From an uncultured Bacteroidales bacterium (GTDB lineage Bacteria; Bacteroidota; Bacteroidia; Bacteroidales; DTU049), in contig CAYMAZ010000011.1 in assembly GCA_964388575.1 (NCBI GenBank), positions 1,141 to 65,140 of the forward strand: a stretch of DNA of 64,000 bases, read 5' to 3'. Shown piece after piece: positions 41,450-49,750 of the stretch. Every line of letters begins with the position of its first letter. Position 1 is the first letter of the stretch. Both the position numbers and the translations under genes were made by a program. Below the pieces are notes generated by a model. The model was not told the origin of the DNA and made no database searches. It saw only the letters and a list, made by a program, of their open reading frames with translations.

Positions 41450-41569
41450 CCAAAGCCGTGATTTACTCTGAAAATTCTGATTTTGTAAGCATGCTAAAAA
41501 AATCGAAATTTTCAGAGTAAATTGCAAACACAAGCTCATGTTTTGTTTGTCTTTCGGACACGGCTTTGG
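41450..41569 (+). repeat. Structured intergenic repeat, copy B (closing stem + two internal hairpins)
   Basis: Closing stem CCAAAGCCGTG (41450-41460) / CACGGCTTTGG (41559-41569). A 16-bp perfect hairpin ATTTACTCTGAAAATT (41461-41476) / AATTTTCAGAGTAAAT (41507-41522). A second hairpin CAAACA..TGTTTG (41525-41549). Confidence 0.55.
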
Positions 41570-41652
41570 GAAGAACATTTTTCAATTTTGATTTACTTGT
41601 GACTCTTTAAATATTATTACTTTTACGACATAAACCAAACATACCTACATCC

Positions 41653-42030
41653 ATGCATGAAAATGAAATTGCCTCAATCGTTGTAGATACATGTTTCAAA
41701 ATTCATTCAGAGCTTGGACCTGGTCTTTTTGAATCAGTATATGAAGAAATTATTTATTATGAGTTGAGGGAAGCAGGATTAAGGGTTGAAAAACAAAAGT
41801 CAATTCCTGTTTTCTGGAAAGAATTAAAGATGGATGTTGGTTTTCATGCTGATCTGGGCATAGAAGAAAAAGTCATTCTTGAAATTAAATCAATTGAAAC
41901 GATTGCATCTGTTCATAAAAAACAGCTCTTAACATATTTAAAAGTTACAGGGTTGAAGTTGGGACTTCTGATAAATTTCAATGAAGCTCTCATTAAGACC
42001 GGCATAACAAGAATTGTCAACAAATTGTAA
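41653..42030 (+). CDS. GxxExxY protein (PD-(D/E)XK nuclease-like superfamily, PDDEXK_3 type)
   Basis: The motif GPGLFESVYEE and the D..(E)IK core (GFHADLGIEEKVILEIKS) fit the GxxExxY / PD-(D/E)XK-like small protein family. 125 aa. Confidence 0.85.
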   Translation: MHENEIASIVVDTCFKIHSELGPGLFESVYEEIIYYELREAGLRVEKQKSIPVFWKELKMDVGFHADLGIEEKVILEIKSIETIASVHKKQLLTYLKVTGLKLGLLINFNEALIKTGITRIVNKL

Positions 42031-42074
42031 ATTAACAGCGTCTTAGCGCCTTTGCGAGAAAAACACAAAAAATT

Positions 42075-44702
42075 ATGAAAAGAATTTACATTTTAATTTT
42101 AGTTTTTACACTAACCATTGGTTTATCAGCGCAAATCATTACTAACCCCCGGCGGATTGAAGATATTGAAACGATGTTACAACAGCAACAACTCATGCTG
42201 GGACAACGCTCAGAATCCGTATTTGGCTTTTTGAAAGACAACATCACTAGCGATGAAATGCAGGCAATGAAGTTCCTTTATGCCTATATGCCTTTGAGTG
42301 ATATGGCCGATTATAGCAATGAATTTTTTCTTGCGAATGTCAGGTATTCCATGAAAGCTCTTCAAGAAATGCCTTGGGCTGCAAAAGTGCCTGAAGATGA
42401 GTTTTTGCATTTTGTCTTGCCATTGCGAGTAAATAATGAAAATCTTGATTCGTTCAGGATTGTGTGTTATCATGAATTGTCAGAACGTGTAAAAACCATG
42501 AGCATGTATGATGCTGCTATGGAGGTGAACCACTGGTGTCATGAATATGTTACATACAGAGCGTCTGACGGTCGAACAAGTTCTCCGTTAAATACGATGA
42601 AATATTCTTTCGGGCGTTGCGGTGAAGAGTCTGTTCTCACAGTAGCAGCCATGCGAACAGTTGGAATACCTGCCCGCCAGGTATATACTCCGCGCTGGGC
42701 ACATTCCGATGATAACCACGCCTGGGTTGAAGTGTGGATTGATGGTCAATGGTATTATCTTGGTGCATGCGAGCCCGAACCCGAACTAAACATGGGCTGG
42801 TTTTCTTTCCCAGCTTCCAGAGCAATGCTGGTACACACACGTGCCTATGGAAAATACTTTGGTTCCGAAGAAGTCATCACTGCTGAAGAACGCTTTTCTG
42901 AATTAAACCTCATATCCAACTATGCTAAAACAAAAAACCTTGTCATACAAGTTTACGATCAAAACGGCCTTCCTTCTCCCGGCGCAGGAGTTGATGTGCT
43001 GCTTTACAATTATGCCGAACTTTACCCCATCGCCAAAAAAACCACTTCACAGCAAGGCACGACTGCAGTGACACTGGGACTCGGAGAAGTCATTATCTGG
43101 GCAACAGACGGAACACTGTTTAACTTTGAACATGTCAGGGTTGAAACCTCTGATACTATTCACATACAGCTCGGAATTAAACACAATGTTCCTTACAGGA
43201 AAAATTTCACTTTTATACCGCCAAAGGGCACATTTGTTGAACCTTATTCAGGAGTAAAGGCTGAGCTGACGCGTCAGAGACTCATATATGAAGATTCTCT
43301 CAGGGCAGTGTATATGTCAACCTTTAAGGATTCTTCCCGATCAAATGATATCGCACACACACTTGGCTTTGAACCGCAGACTGCAGGTGATTTTATTCAG
43401 AGAAGCTATGGAAACCATGCTTATATCATAGAATTTTTGCAGCATACTCCTGATGATTTAAAAGACATGGCACTGATGCTTCTTGAGGTAATTTCGGAAA
43501 AAGACCTGCGTGATGCAACTGCCGAAGTATTTTTTGACCACCTGATGGAAACAGCAGCACTGAAAAGTGACTGGTATACCAACGACAAAGATATGTTTGC
43601 TTCATACATCCTCAACGGCCGGATTGCCAATGAAGACATGAAGGCATGGAGAAGCTTTCTGAAAAAAGAATTGAATTTTGAATTTTTAGGAAAGGAAATA
43701 TCACCGGCTTTAATTGAACAGTGGGTGAAAAGTAATATTCAGATTCATAAAACGGCCAATTTGCACTCCAGGGCTCCGCTTTCACCTGAAGGAGTCTGTA
43801 AGCTCAGGGTTGCAGATCCGGGATCACGTGATATTTTTTTTGTTGCATTGTGCCGCACATTCGGTATTCCTTCACGTCTTCATCCTGAAACAAGAATTCC
43901 TCAATATTTTTTCGCAGATCAATGGAACAATGTATGGTTTGATCCGGAAACGGACGGAATACAAGAAACAGCACAGTTGTATTTTACCAATCCTTCAAAA
44001 AGTACAACCGACAAATACTATAACACTTTTACGTTGTCACGTATTGAAAAAGGCAGAATGAAAACACTTGAATATGACTGGGGAAAACCTCTCACAGAAT
44101 TGGAAGGAAACCCTCAGGAAGTGTTTGCGGGTGATTATGTGCTTATAAAAGGGATTCGACTCACTGATGGTACTGTGATTTCAGAATTTTTACTTTTCCC
44201 CATGGCCGCAGGCGAAAAAGCTGAAGTCAATGCAAATGCACCGCAACTTCAAGCATCAAAAAGCAAAAACAGCAAACTGAAACTGAAAAATATTGTTCCT
44301 GAAGAATTTGGTACCGGAAAACAGGAAAACCTGGAATGGGCAGTCAGGAACAGAAATGTGTTGTTTGTTTTTATTGATCCTGACAAAGAGCCTTCGAAGC
44401 ATGTGATGCATGATCTGGCACTGGTGAAAACGAAACTTGAAGAAAGCGGAATTACAATTTATTATGTTTTGTCGCCGTCAATTCTCAGCCCTTCGTTTCA
44501 CAGTGGATTGTTTAAAGGAATGCCTGAGCAGGGAAAGTATTTGCTTGACACAAACGATGAGCTCACAAAGTTGGTTTCAGAAAAAAGTAGCGATAAAACA
44601 CTCCCAATGATATGCCTGATATCGCCCAAACGAAAGATCCTTTATCTGAGCAATGGGTACAGAATTGGCACAGGGGATGAGATATTGAGGTTGTTGAAAT
44701 AA
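42075..44702 (+). CDS. Transglutaminase-like (papain-fold) domain protein, secreted, 875 aa
   Basis: FGRCGEESVLTVAAMRTVGIPARQVYTPRWAHSDDNHAWVEVWIDGQWYYLGACEP contains the Cys...His...Asp transglutaminase-core pattern. Signal peptide present. Confidence 0.75.
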   Translation: MKRIYILILVFTLTIGLSAQIITNPRRIEDIETMLQQQQLMLGQRSESVFGFLKDNITSDEMQAMKFLYAYMPLSDMADYSNEFFLANVRYSMKALQEMPWAAKVPEDEFLHFVLPLRVNNENLDSFRIVCYHELSERVKTMSMYDAAMEVNHWCHEYVTYRASDGRTSSPLNTMKYSFGRCGEESVLTVAAMRTVGIPARQVYTPRWAHSDDNHAWVEVWIDGQWYYLGACEPEPELNMGWFSFPASRAMLVHTRAYGKYFGSEEVITAEERFSELNLISNYAKTKNLVIQVYDQNGLPSPGAGVDVLLYNYAELYPIAKKTTSQQGTTAVTLGLGEVIIWATDGTLFNFEHVRVETSDTIHIQLGIKHNVPYRKNFTFIPPKGTFVEPYSGVKAELTRQRLIYEDSLRAVYMSTFKDSSRSNDIAHTLGFEPQTAGDFIQRSYGNHAYIIEFLQHTPDDLKDMALMLLEVISEKDLRDATAEVFFDHLMETAALKSDWYTNDKDMFASYILNGRIANEDMKAWRSFLKKELNFEFLGKEISPALIEQWVKSNIQIHKTANLHSRAPLSPEGVCKLRVADPGSRDIFFVALCRTFGIPSRLHPETRIPQYFFADQWNNVWFDPETDGIQETAQLYFTNPSKSTTDKYYNTFTLSRIEKGRMKTLEYDWGKPLTELEGNPQEVFAGDYVLIKGIRLTDGTVISEFLLFPMAAGEKAEVNANAPQLQASKSKNSKLKLKNIVPEEFGTGKQENLEWAVRNRNVLFVFIDPDKEPSKHVMHDLALVKTKLEESGITIYYVLSPSILSPSFHSGLFKGMPEQGKYLLDTNDELTKLVSEKSSDKTLPMICLISPKRKILYLSNGYRIGTGDEILRLLK

Positions 44703-44729
44703 CAAAATGAATGAATCCAATGAATTATA

Positions 44730-44808
44730 GCCACGAAGACTCAAGGACTCAAAGGTTTCACAAAGCTAACCTCTTTGTGATTTCTTAATGCCTTAGAACC
44801 TTCGTGGC
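44730..44808. repeat. Nested hairpin built from CACGAAG / CACAAAG words
   Basis: Outer stem GCCACGAAG (44730-44738) / CTTCGTGGC (44800-44808). Inner stem TCACAAAG (44758-44765) / CTTTGTGA (44773-44780). It lies between the transglutaminase-like gene and cutC. Confidence 0.5.
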
Positions 44809-44835
44809 AAAAAAATCAATAAAAAAAATAATAAA

Positions 44836-45552
44836 ATGCTACTCGAAGTCCCCGTTTTTGATATTCAAAGTGCGCTAAAAGCACAGAACGCAGGTGCACA
44901 CCGCATCGAACTTTGTGCTTCGATGGCTGATGGCGGGATTACTCCTTCTCAGGGGATGATCCTCAAAGCGAAAGAACTTCTGAAGATCCCTTTTTATGTA
45001 ATGATCAGGCCACGTGGTGGAAATTTCACTTATTCTGATGAAGAAATAAGTATCATGCATAGCGATATTGAATTTTGCCGAGAACTTGGCATTGAGGGTA
45101 TTGTTTTCGGAGTATTGACTTCAGAGGGAAATGTTGATATGTCTTCTTGTAAAGTATTGATAGAAATTGCCGGCTCCATGCAACTAACATTTCATCGTGC
45201 ATTTGACAGATCAGCAGATCCGTTTAAAGCATTAGAAGATATTATTGAATGTGGCTTTCACAGAATTCTCACTTCAGGGCAGAAGGAAACTGCTCACGAA
45301 GGAGCTAATCTGATTACAGAATTAAACAAACGTGCTGCCAGAAGAATCATTATCATGCCCGGCTCCGGCGTGAATGAAACAAACCTCAAAGTACTACACG
45401 AACAATGCAACTGCAGGGAATACCATTCTTCTGCTAAAATTAAAATTCCGAATTCTAATGCTCGTCCATTACCATCTGATGAACCTGAGAGATGGACTAT
45501 AGATAAAGAAAAAATTCGGAAAATGCTTGAGGTGATGAAAAAATGCAAGTGA
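44836..45552 (+). CDS. cutC: Copper homeostasis protein CutC family
   Basis: LEVPVFDIQSALKAQNAGAHRIELCASMADGGITPS, ..FHRAFD.. and ..RILTSGQ.. are CutC TIM-barrel motifs. Confidence 0.9.
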   Translation: MLLEVPVFDIQSALKAQNAGAHRIELCASMADGGITPSQGMILKAKELLKIPFYVMIRPRGGNFTYSDEEISIMHSDIEFCRELGIEGIVFGVLTSEGNVDMSSCKVLIEIAGSMQLTFHRAFDRSADPFKALEDIIECGFHRILTSGQKETAHEGANLITELNKRAARRIIIMPGSGVNETNLKVLHEQCNCREYHSSAKIKIPNSNARPLPSDEPERWTIDKEKIRKMLEVMKKCK

Positions 45553-45567
45553 TCTGCGGACAAAATT

Positions 45568-47727
45568 CTATTGCTTCACAAACTTTGCAGTCTGAATTTC
45601 ATTTCCTGAGCGGACAACAAGCACATAAAAACCGCTGCTTAAATTGCTCAAGTTCACCTGCTTGATGGGATCCTCTGAACTATATTCTGCAACGATTTTA
45701 CCAGCAGGGTCATGAATCTGTATTTTGTGTTGCAGGTTGAAGCCCGTTTTTACAAAAAGCTCGTCTCCTGCCGGATTGGGGTAAACATGAATATTAAACG
45801 CATTGTTACTGAGTGAATCTTCATCTTCTACTGAGAAAATTACACCATTTTCATTAAACACTGCCAGGCCAGATTCTGTTCCAATCCATTTGTTATCATT
45901 GTCGTCAATTGAAATTGAAAAAACCCTGTTATCAGGCAATCCTGAATTTGATGTATTAAATATTGTCCAGGTTATGCCGTCAAATATCGTTAAGCCGCCA
46001 GTTGACGCAATCCATAAATTCCCGGGCAGATCAATGGCGATTGAATTCACATAATCAGATGCTAGTCCTGAATTGATGCTATTTTTCACATCCCAACTTG
46101 TGTTGTCGTATTTAGCTAAACCACCTCCCTGGGTTCCAATCCATTTATTATTAAACTGATCAATGACAATTGACCTTACAAAATCATTAGGCAACCCTGA
46201 ATTGAAAGTATTATACACTACCCAGTTCGTTTCATCAAATTTTGCAACACCATTATCTGTACCTATCCATTTATTTCCATACTGATCTATTGCGATAGAT
46301 TTAACATTATTATCTGGTAATCCGGAATTTGATGTATTAAATACAGTCCAGTTCGTGCCGTCAAACTTTGCCAAGCCAAGGCCAGACCCAATCCATTTGT
46401 TATTATACTGATCTATGGTGATTGAAAAAATATAATTATCAGGTAACCCGGAGTTTACAGTATTATATGTTGTCCAAATTGTTCCGTCAAATTTTACCAA
46501 ACCACCACCATAAGTTCCAAGCCAAATGACATCATTAACATCATTGGCAAAAGAAATAACATAATCTTCGGGCAAATCTGAATTTAATGTATTATAAGCA
46601 AGCCACTCAGAACCATTAAATGTTGTCAAGCCATGTTGACTTCCAATCAATATTTTTTCATTCTGATTAAAAGTTATACAACTAATAAAATTATCAGGCA
46701 ATCCGGAATTTGATGTGTTTTTTACATCCCAGGTTGTATCGTCAAAACTCACTAAACCACCTCCATTTGTGCCTATCCATTTATTTTCATTCTGATCAAT
46801 GATAATGGTCGAAATATTATTTTCCGGCAGACCCGAATTTGCAGTATTATATGTCACCCAGTTTGCATCGTCAAATGTTACCAGCCCTCCGGAAGTTCCA
46901 ATCCATTTTTTATCATTCTGGTCAATTGCCAATGAATAAATCCAATTGTCCATCAATCCTGAATTTGCAGTATTAAATACGTTCCAATTTGTTCCGTCAA
47001 ATGTTGCTAAACCACCACCAGATGTTCCAATATAAATTTTTCCGCTTTGATCTAATGATAAAGCTAAAACATCATCACTCGGTAGGTCGGAATTTGAGGT
47101 ATTATAAACGGTCCAGTTAATTCCGTCAAATTTAACCAATCCTACACCTCCTGCAAAAATATCCCATGTTGAAATCCATTTGTTATCAAACTGGTCAATA
47201 ACTACATAAAGTATTGTGTTTCCCGGTAAACCAGAATTTGAAGTGTTATATACTGTCCAGTTTGTACCGTCAAACATAACCAATCCTCCAAATCCGGTTC
47301 CAATCCATTTATTATTAAACTGATCAATTGCTATAGAATTTATACCACTATCCGGCAGGTCTGAATTTGCTGGATCAAAAACTGTCCAGTTCAAACCATC
47401 AAATTTTGCTATTCCACCACACCAGGTGCCTATCCATTTATTTCCATATTGATCAATGGCAATCGAACGAACTCTGTTGTTTGGTAATCCAGAGTTGGCT
47501 CGATTAAAAAAAATTGAACTACCATTTACTTTGTCATATCTTATAAGCCCTCCATTATAAGTCCCGATCCATATATATTCTTCTTCATCTGTTATTGAGG
47601 AAACATTGTTGCCATTTGTATAATTGATCCACGGAGGATTTTGAGAATATGCGTAAATTACAGACAGTGAAATGCTAACAAGAAATAATAGTATTCTTCT
47701 CATAATTTTTTTGTAAATATTTTTCAA
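45568..47727 (-). CDS. Secreted multi-repeat 'two-component regulator propeller' (Reg_prop) protein with T9SS CTD
   Basis: A ~24-25-aa module (NKWIGT..GGL..FDGTNWTVYNTSNSGLPDN.V.SIAIDQ) is repeated roughly two dozen times. Signal peptide present. C-terminal YPNPAGDELFV...GFYVLVV..AKFVKQ. Confidence 0.8.
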   Translation of the reverse strand: MKNIYKKIMRRILLFLVSISLSVIYAYSQNPPWINYTNGNNVSSITDEEEYIWIGTYNGGLIRYDKVNGSSIFFNRANSGLPNNRVRSIAIDQYGNKWIGTWCGGIAKFDGLNWTVFDPANSDLPDSGINSIAIDQFNNKWIGTGFGGLVMFDGTNWTVYNTSNSGLPGNTILYVVIDQFDNKWISTWDIFAGGVGLVKFDGINWTVYNTSNSDLPSDDVLALSLDQSGKIYIGTSGGGLATFDGTNWNVFNTANSGLMDNWIYSLAIDQNDKKWIGTSGGLVTFDDANWVTYNTANSGLPENNISTIIIDQNENKWIGTNGGGLVSFDDTTWDVKNTSNSGLPDNFISCITFNQNEKILIGSQHGLTTFNGSEWLAYNTLNSDLPEDYVISFANDVNDVIWLGTYGGGLVKFDGTIWTTYNTVNSGLPDNYIFSITIDQYNNKWIGSGLGLAKFDGTNWTVFNTSNSGLPDNNVKSIAIDQYGNKWIGTDNGVAKFDETNWVVYNTFNSGLPNDFVRSIVIDQFNNKWIGTQGGGLAKYDNTSWDVKNSINSGLASDYVNSIAIDLPGNLWIASTGGLTIFDGITWTIFNTSNSGLPDNRVFSISIDDNDNKWIGTESGLAVFNENGVIFSVEDEDSLSNNAFNIHVYPNPAGDELFVKTGFNLQHKIQIHDPAGKIVAEYSSEDPIKQVNLSNLSSGFYVLVVRSGNEIQTAKFVKQ
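45855..47595 (-). repeat. Coding tandem repeats (about 150-nt period) inside the Reg_prop gene
   Basis: The DNA-level periodicity mirrors the protein repeats. Repeated words include AATCCATTTATT/GTTATC and CCGTCAAA. Confidence 0.7.
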
Positions 47728-47863
47728 ATATACAATAAAACAACTTCAAAAACAACAACCAGGAAGTGTCAGGCATGCATGAAAAAGTTAAAGGCATATA
47801 ATAAAATCCCAAGAAAAAGACCTACGATAGCTCCCTCTTATTGTTCTGCTTATTGTAATTCAC

Positions 47864-47871
47864 TAATTTTG
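47864..47871 (+). promoter_or_regulatory. Candidate -7 box TAATTTTG
   Basis: TAnnTTTG match 12 nt upstream of the ATG at 47883. Confidence 0.4.
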
Positions 47872-47882
47872 TAAAAAAAATT

Positions 47883-48914
47883 ATGAAGAAAACCCTCGCC
47901 AGCGACAACTATGCCGGCATTCTGCCCGGAATTATCGAAGCCATTGCAGAAGCCAACACTGCGCATGAAACTTCATACGGGTACGACACATACACAAAAC
48001 TTGCTAAAAAAGAATTTCAGAAACTGTTCGGAAACAATATTGAAGTAACGTATGCTTTTAACGGTACAGGTGCCAATGTACTCGGAATCAGTTGTGTGAC
48101 ACAATCATTCAATTCAATATTCTGCTCTCAACATGCACATGCATTTGTGGATGAATCAACAGCTCCTGAAACATTTACAGGTTGCAGATTGTTTCCTTTG
48201 CCAACTGATGAACAGGGAAAGATTCCAGCTGAAACATTACGAAAAGCCATTATCCGAAAAGGCGATGAACATCATCCCCAACCCAGGGTTTTAACAATTT
48301 CTCAGCCCACCGAATACGGCACATTATACACCATAGATGAACTCAGGGCAATTTCTGCCGTACTCAAAGAACATGACATGTTATTTCACGTTGACGGAGC
48401 ACGTTTCTTCAATGCACTGGCAGCCATGAAATGTACTGCAAAAGAAATGATCACAGAAACTGGCGTTGATATTCTCTCTGTCGGCGGCACCAAAGCCGGG
48501 CTCATGATTGGTGAAGCCATTGTTTTTCTGAATCCAGAACTTGCCAAAGACCTGAAATATCGTCAGAAACAAAGTATGCAACTTGCATCGAAGATGCGGT
48601 TTATTTCAGTGCAGTTTCACAAGCTTCTGAAAGTTGAACTCTGGAAACCATCCGCTTCACATGCCAATGTCATGGCGGCTTTGCTTGCAAATGGCTTATC
48701 TGCAATTCCTCAGGTTCAGATTACCCGAAAAGTGGAAACCAATGCAGTTTTTGCAATCATACCTCCGGAATGGATTGACGAAATGCAGAAACTCACATTT
48801 TTCTACAGGTGGAAAGAAGCCACAGGCGAAATCAGGCTCATGTGCTCATTTGACACAACCGAAAAGGAAATTGAACTTTTTGTTCAACGAATGAGGGAAT
48901 TGTCTTCAAAATAG
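47883..48914 (+). CDS. ltaE: Low-specificity L-threonine aldolase (beta-eliminating lyase / PLP fold type I)
   Basis: LASDNYAG..., YGYDTYT..., NGTGANVLG, HVDGARF and SVGGTKAG (PLP Lys) follow the threonine aldolase pattern. Confidence 0.85.
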   Translation: MKKTLASDNYAGILPGIIEAIAEANTAHETSYGYDTYTKLAKKEFQKLFGNNIEVTYAFNGTGANVLGISCVTQSFNSIFCSQHAHAFVDESTAPETFTGCRLFPLPTDEQGKIPAETLRKAIIRKGDEHHPQPRVLTISQPTEYGTLYTIDELRAISAVLKEHDMLFHVDGARFFNALAAMKCTAKEMITETGVDILSVGGTKAGLMIGEAIVFLNPELAKDLKYRQKQSMQLASKMRFISVQFHKLLKVELWKPSASHANVMAALLANGLSAIPQVQITRKVETNAVFAIIPPEWIDEMQKLTFFYRWKEATGEIRLMCSFDTTEKEIELFVQRMRELSSK

Positions 48915-49010
48915 ATTTTACCTATTCCCCTAAGCTTTTATATGTTCATGTTTTTGTATCACTAAGTCGCACAAGGTACGTCACAAAGTTACTCAACGCA
49001 CAAGGTGCAT

Positions 49011-49126
49011 GGCAAAAGCCGTTATTTGTTCACATCAAAAAATCTGAAAACAGGCTTTCAGTTTTTTTCTGTGAACAAATCTCAAACACAACTCGTTGTG
49101 TTTGTTTCACAAACACGGCTTTTGTC
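49011..49126 (+). repeat. Structured intergenic repeat, copy C
   Basis: Closing stem CAAAAGCCGT (49013-49022) / ACGGCTTTTG (49115-49124). An 11-bp hairpin ATTTGTTCACA (49024-49034) / TGTGAACAAAT (49070-49080), with a small CTGAAA/TTTCAG hairpin in its loop. A 9-bp hairpin CAAACACAA (49083-49091) / TTGTGTTTG (49096-49104). Confidence 0.55.
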
Positions 49127-49224
49127 TGAGAAAAAAGTACGTTGTGAGACGTCGTGAAACAGTTCTGAAAAATATTATTGTATCTTTGATAGGCAAATAA
49201 TAAGACAATAGAAATTGAAAATAA

Positions 49225-49581
49225 ATTAGCAAAATAATACTTGATTGTGATTTCAGAATACATACTGAAATTGGACCGGGGTTACTCGAAAATATATACA
49301 AAACTTGTCTTGCTTATGAACGAACACAATCCGGATTGCTTGTTGAAACTGAAAAAATTTTCCCTTTCGTATATAAAGAGATTACGTTTGATTGTGGCTA
49401 TAGAATTGATATTTTGGTTGAAAACAAAGTGATCATCGAAACTAAAAACGTTGATTGTTTGACAGATGTTCATTTTGCACAAACATTAACATATATGAAA
49501 TTGTCAGGTTGTAGACTTGGGTTAATATTAAATTTTAAAACCAAGTCTTTAAAAGATGGTATTAAAAGACTGGTCTTGTAA
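49225..49581 (+). pseudogene. Second GxxExxY (PD-(D/E)XK-like) gene, apparently 5'-disrupted
   Basis: The in-frame translation ..KIILDCDFRIHTEIGPGLLENIYKTCL..ILVENKVIIETK.. aligns with the 41653 paralog. There is no ATG/GTG/TTG before the TTG at 49336, which lies after the GxxExxY motif. The expected N-terminus (..IEIENKLAK) sits in another frame, offset at the run GCAAAATAA (49229-49237). Confidence 0.5.
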
Positions 49582-49629
49582 TAATTTTTTCATTATTTAT
49601 CTCAAAGTTACGCAATGAACGACTTGCCC

Positions 49630-49750
49630 GACAAAAGCCATCATTTATTATCATAGGAAAAGTATGAAAGCGAGCTTTCTTGGTTTTTCTATGATAATAA
49701 ATACCAAGCACAACATGTTGTGTTTGTGTGCTTAGCACATGGCTTTTGTC
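49630..49750 (+). repeat. Structured intergenic repeat, copy D
   Basis: A 12-bp perfect closing stem GACAAAAGCCAT (49630-49641) / ATGGCTTTTGTC (49739-49750). A 14-bp hairpin ATTTATTATCATAG (49643-49656) / CTATGATAATAAAT (49689-49702). A 7-bp hairpin AAGCACA (49707-49713) / TGTGCTT (49726-49732) encloses the CACAACATGTTGTG palindrome. Confidence 0.55.

Larger units (their letters stand above)
41325..42061 (+). mobile_element. 737-bp inverted-repeat-bounded cassette: structured element B + GxxExxY gene (putative insertion)
   Basis: Terminal TTTCTCGCA (41325-41333) and TGCGAGAAA (42053-42061) are exact reverse complements. Inside them are further imperfect AGACGC / GCGTCT words. The cassette starts 4 nt after the GH20 stop and ends 13 nt before the next ATG. 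Confidence 0.35.

Noticed and set aside
45855-47595. Regular ~150-nt DNA periodicity that could superficially suggest a repeat array or CRISPR
   Set aside because: It lies entirely inside a long intact ORF and mirrors protein-level Reg_prop repeats. There is no repeat/spacer organisation and no cas genes.
49241-49432. 63-aa ORF (MIVISEYILKLDRGYSKIY...) overlapping the second GxxExxY gene
   Set aside because: It is an alternative frame of the GxxExxY coding region. The homologous frame is the one aligning with the 41653 paralog.
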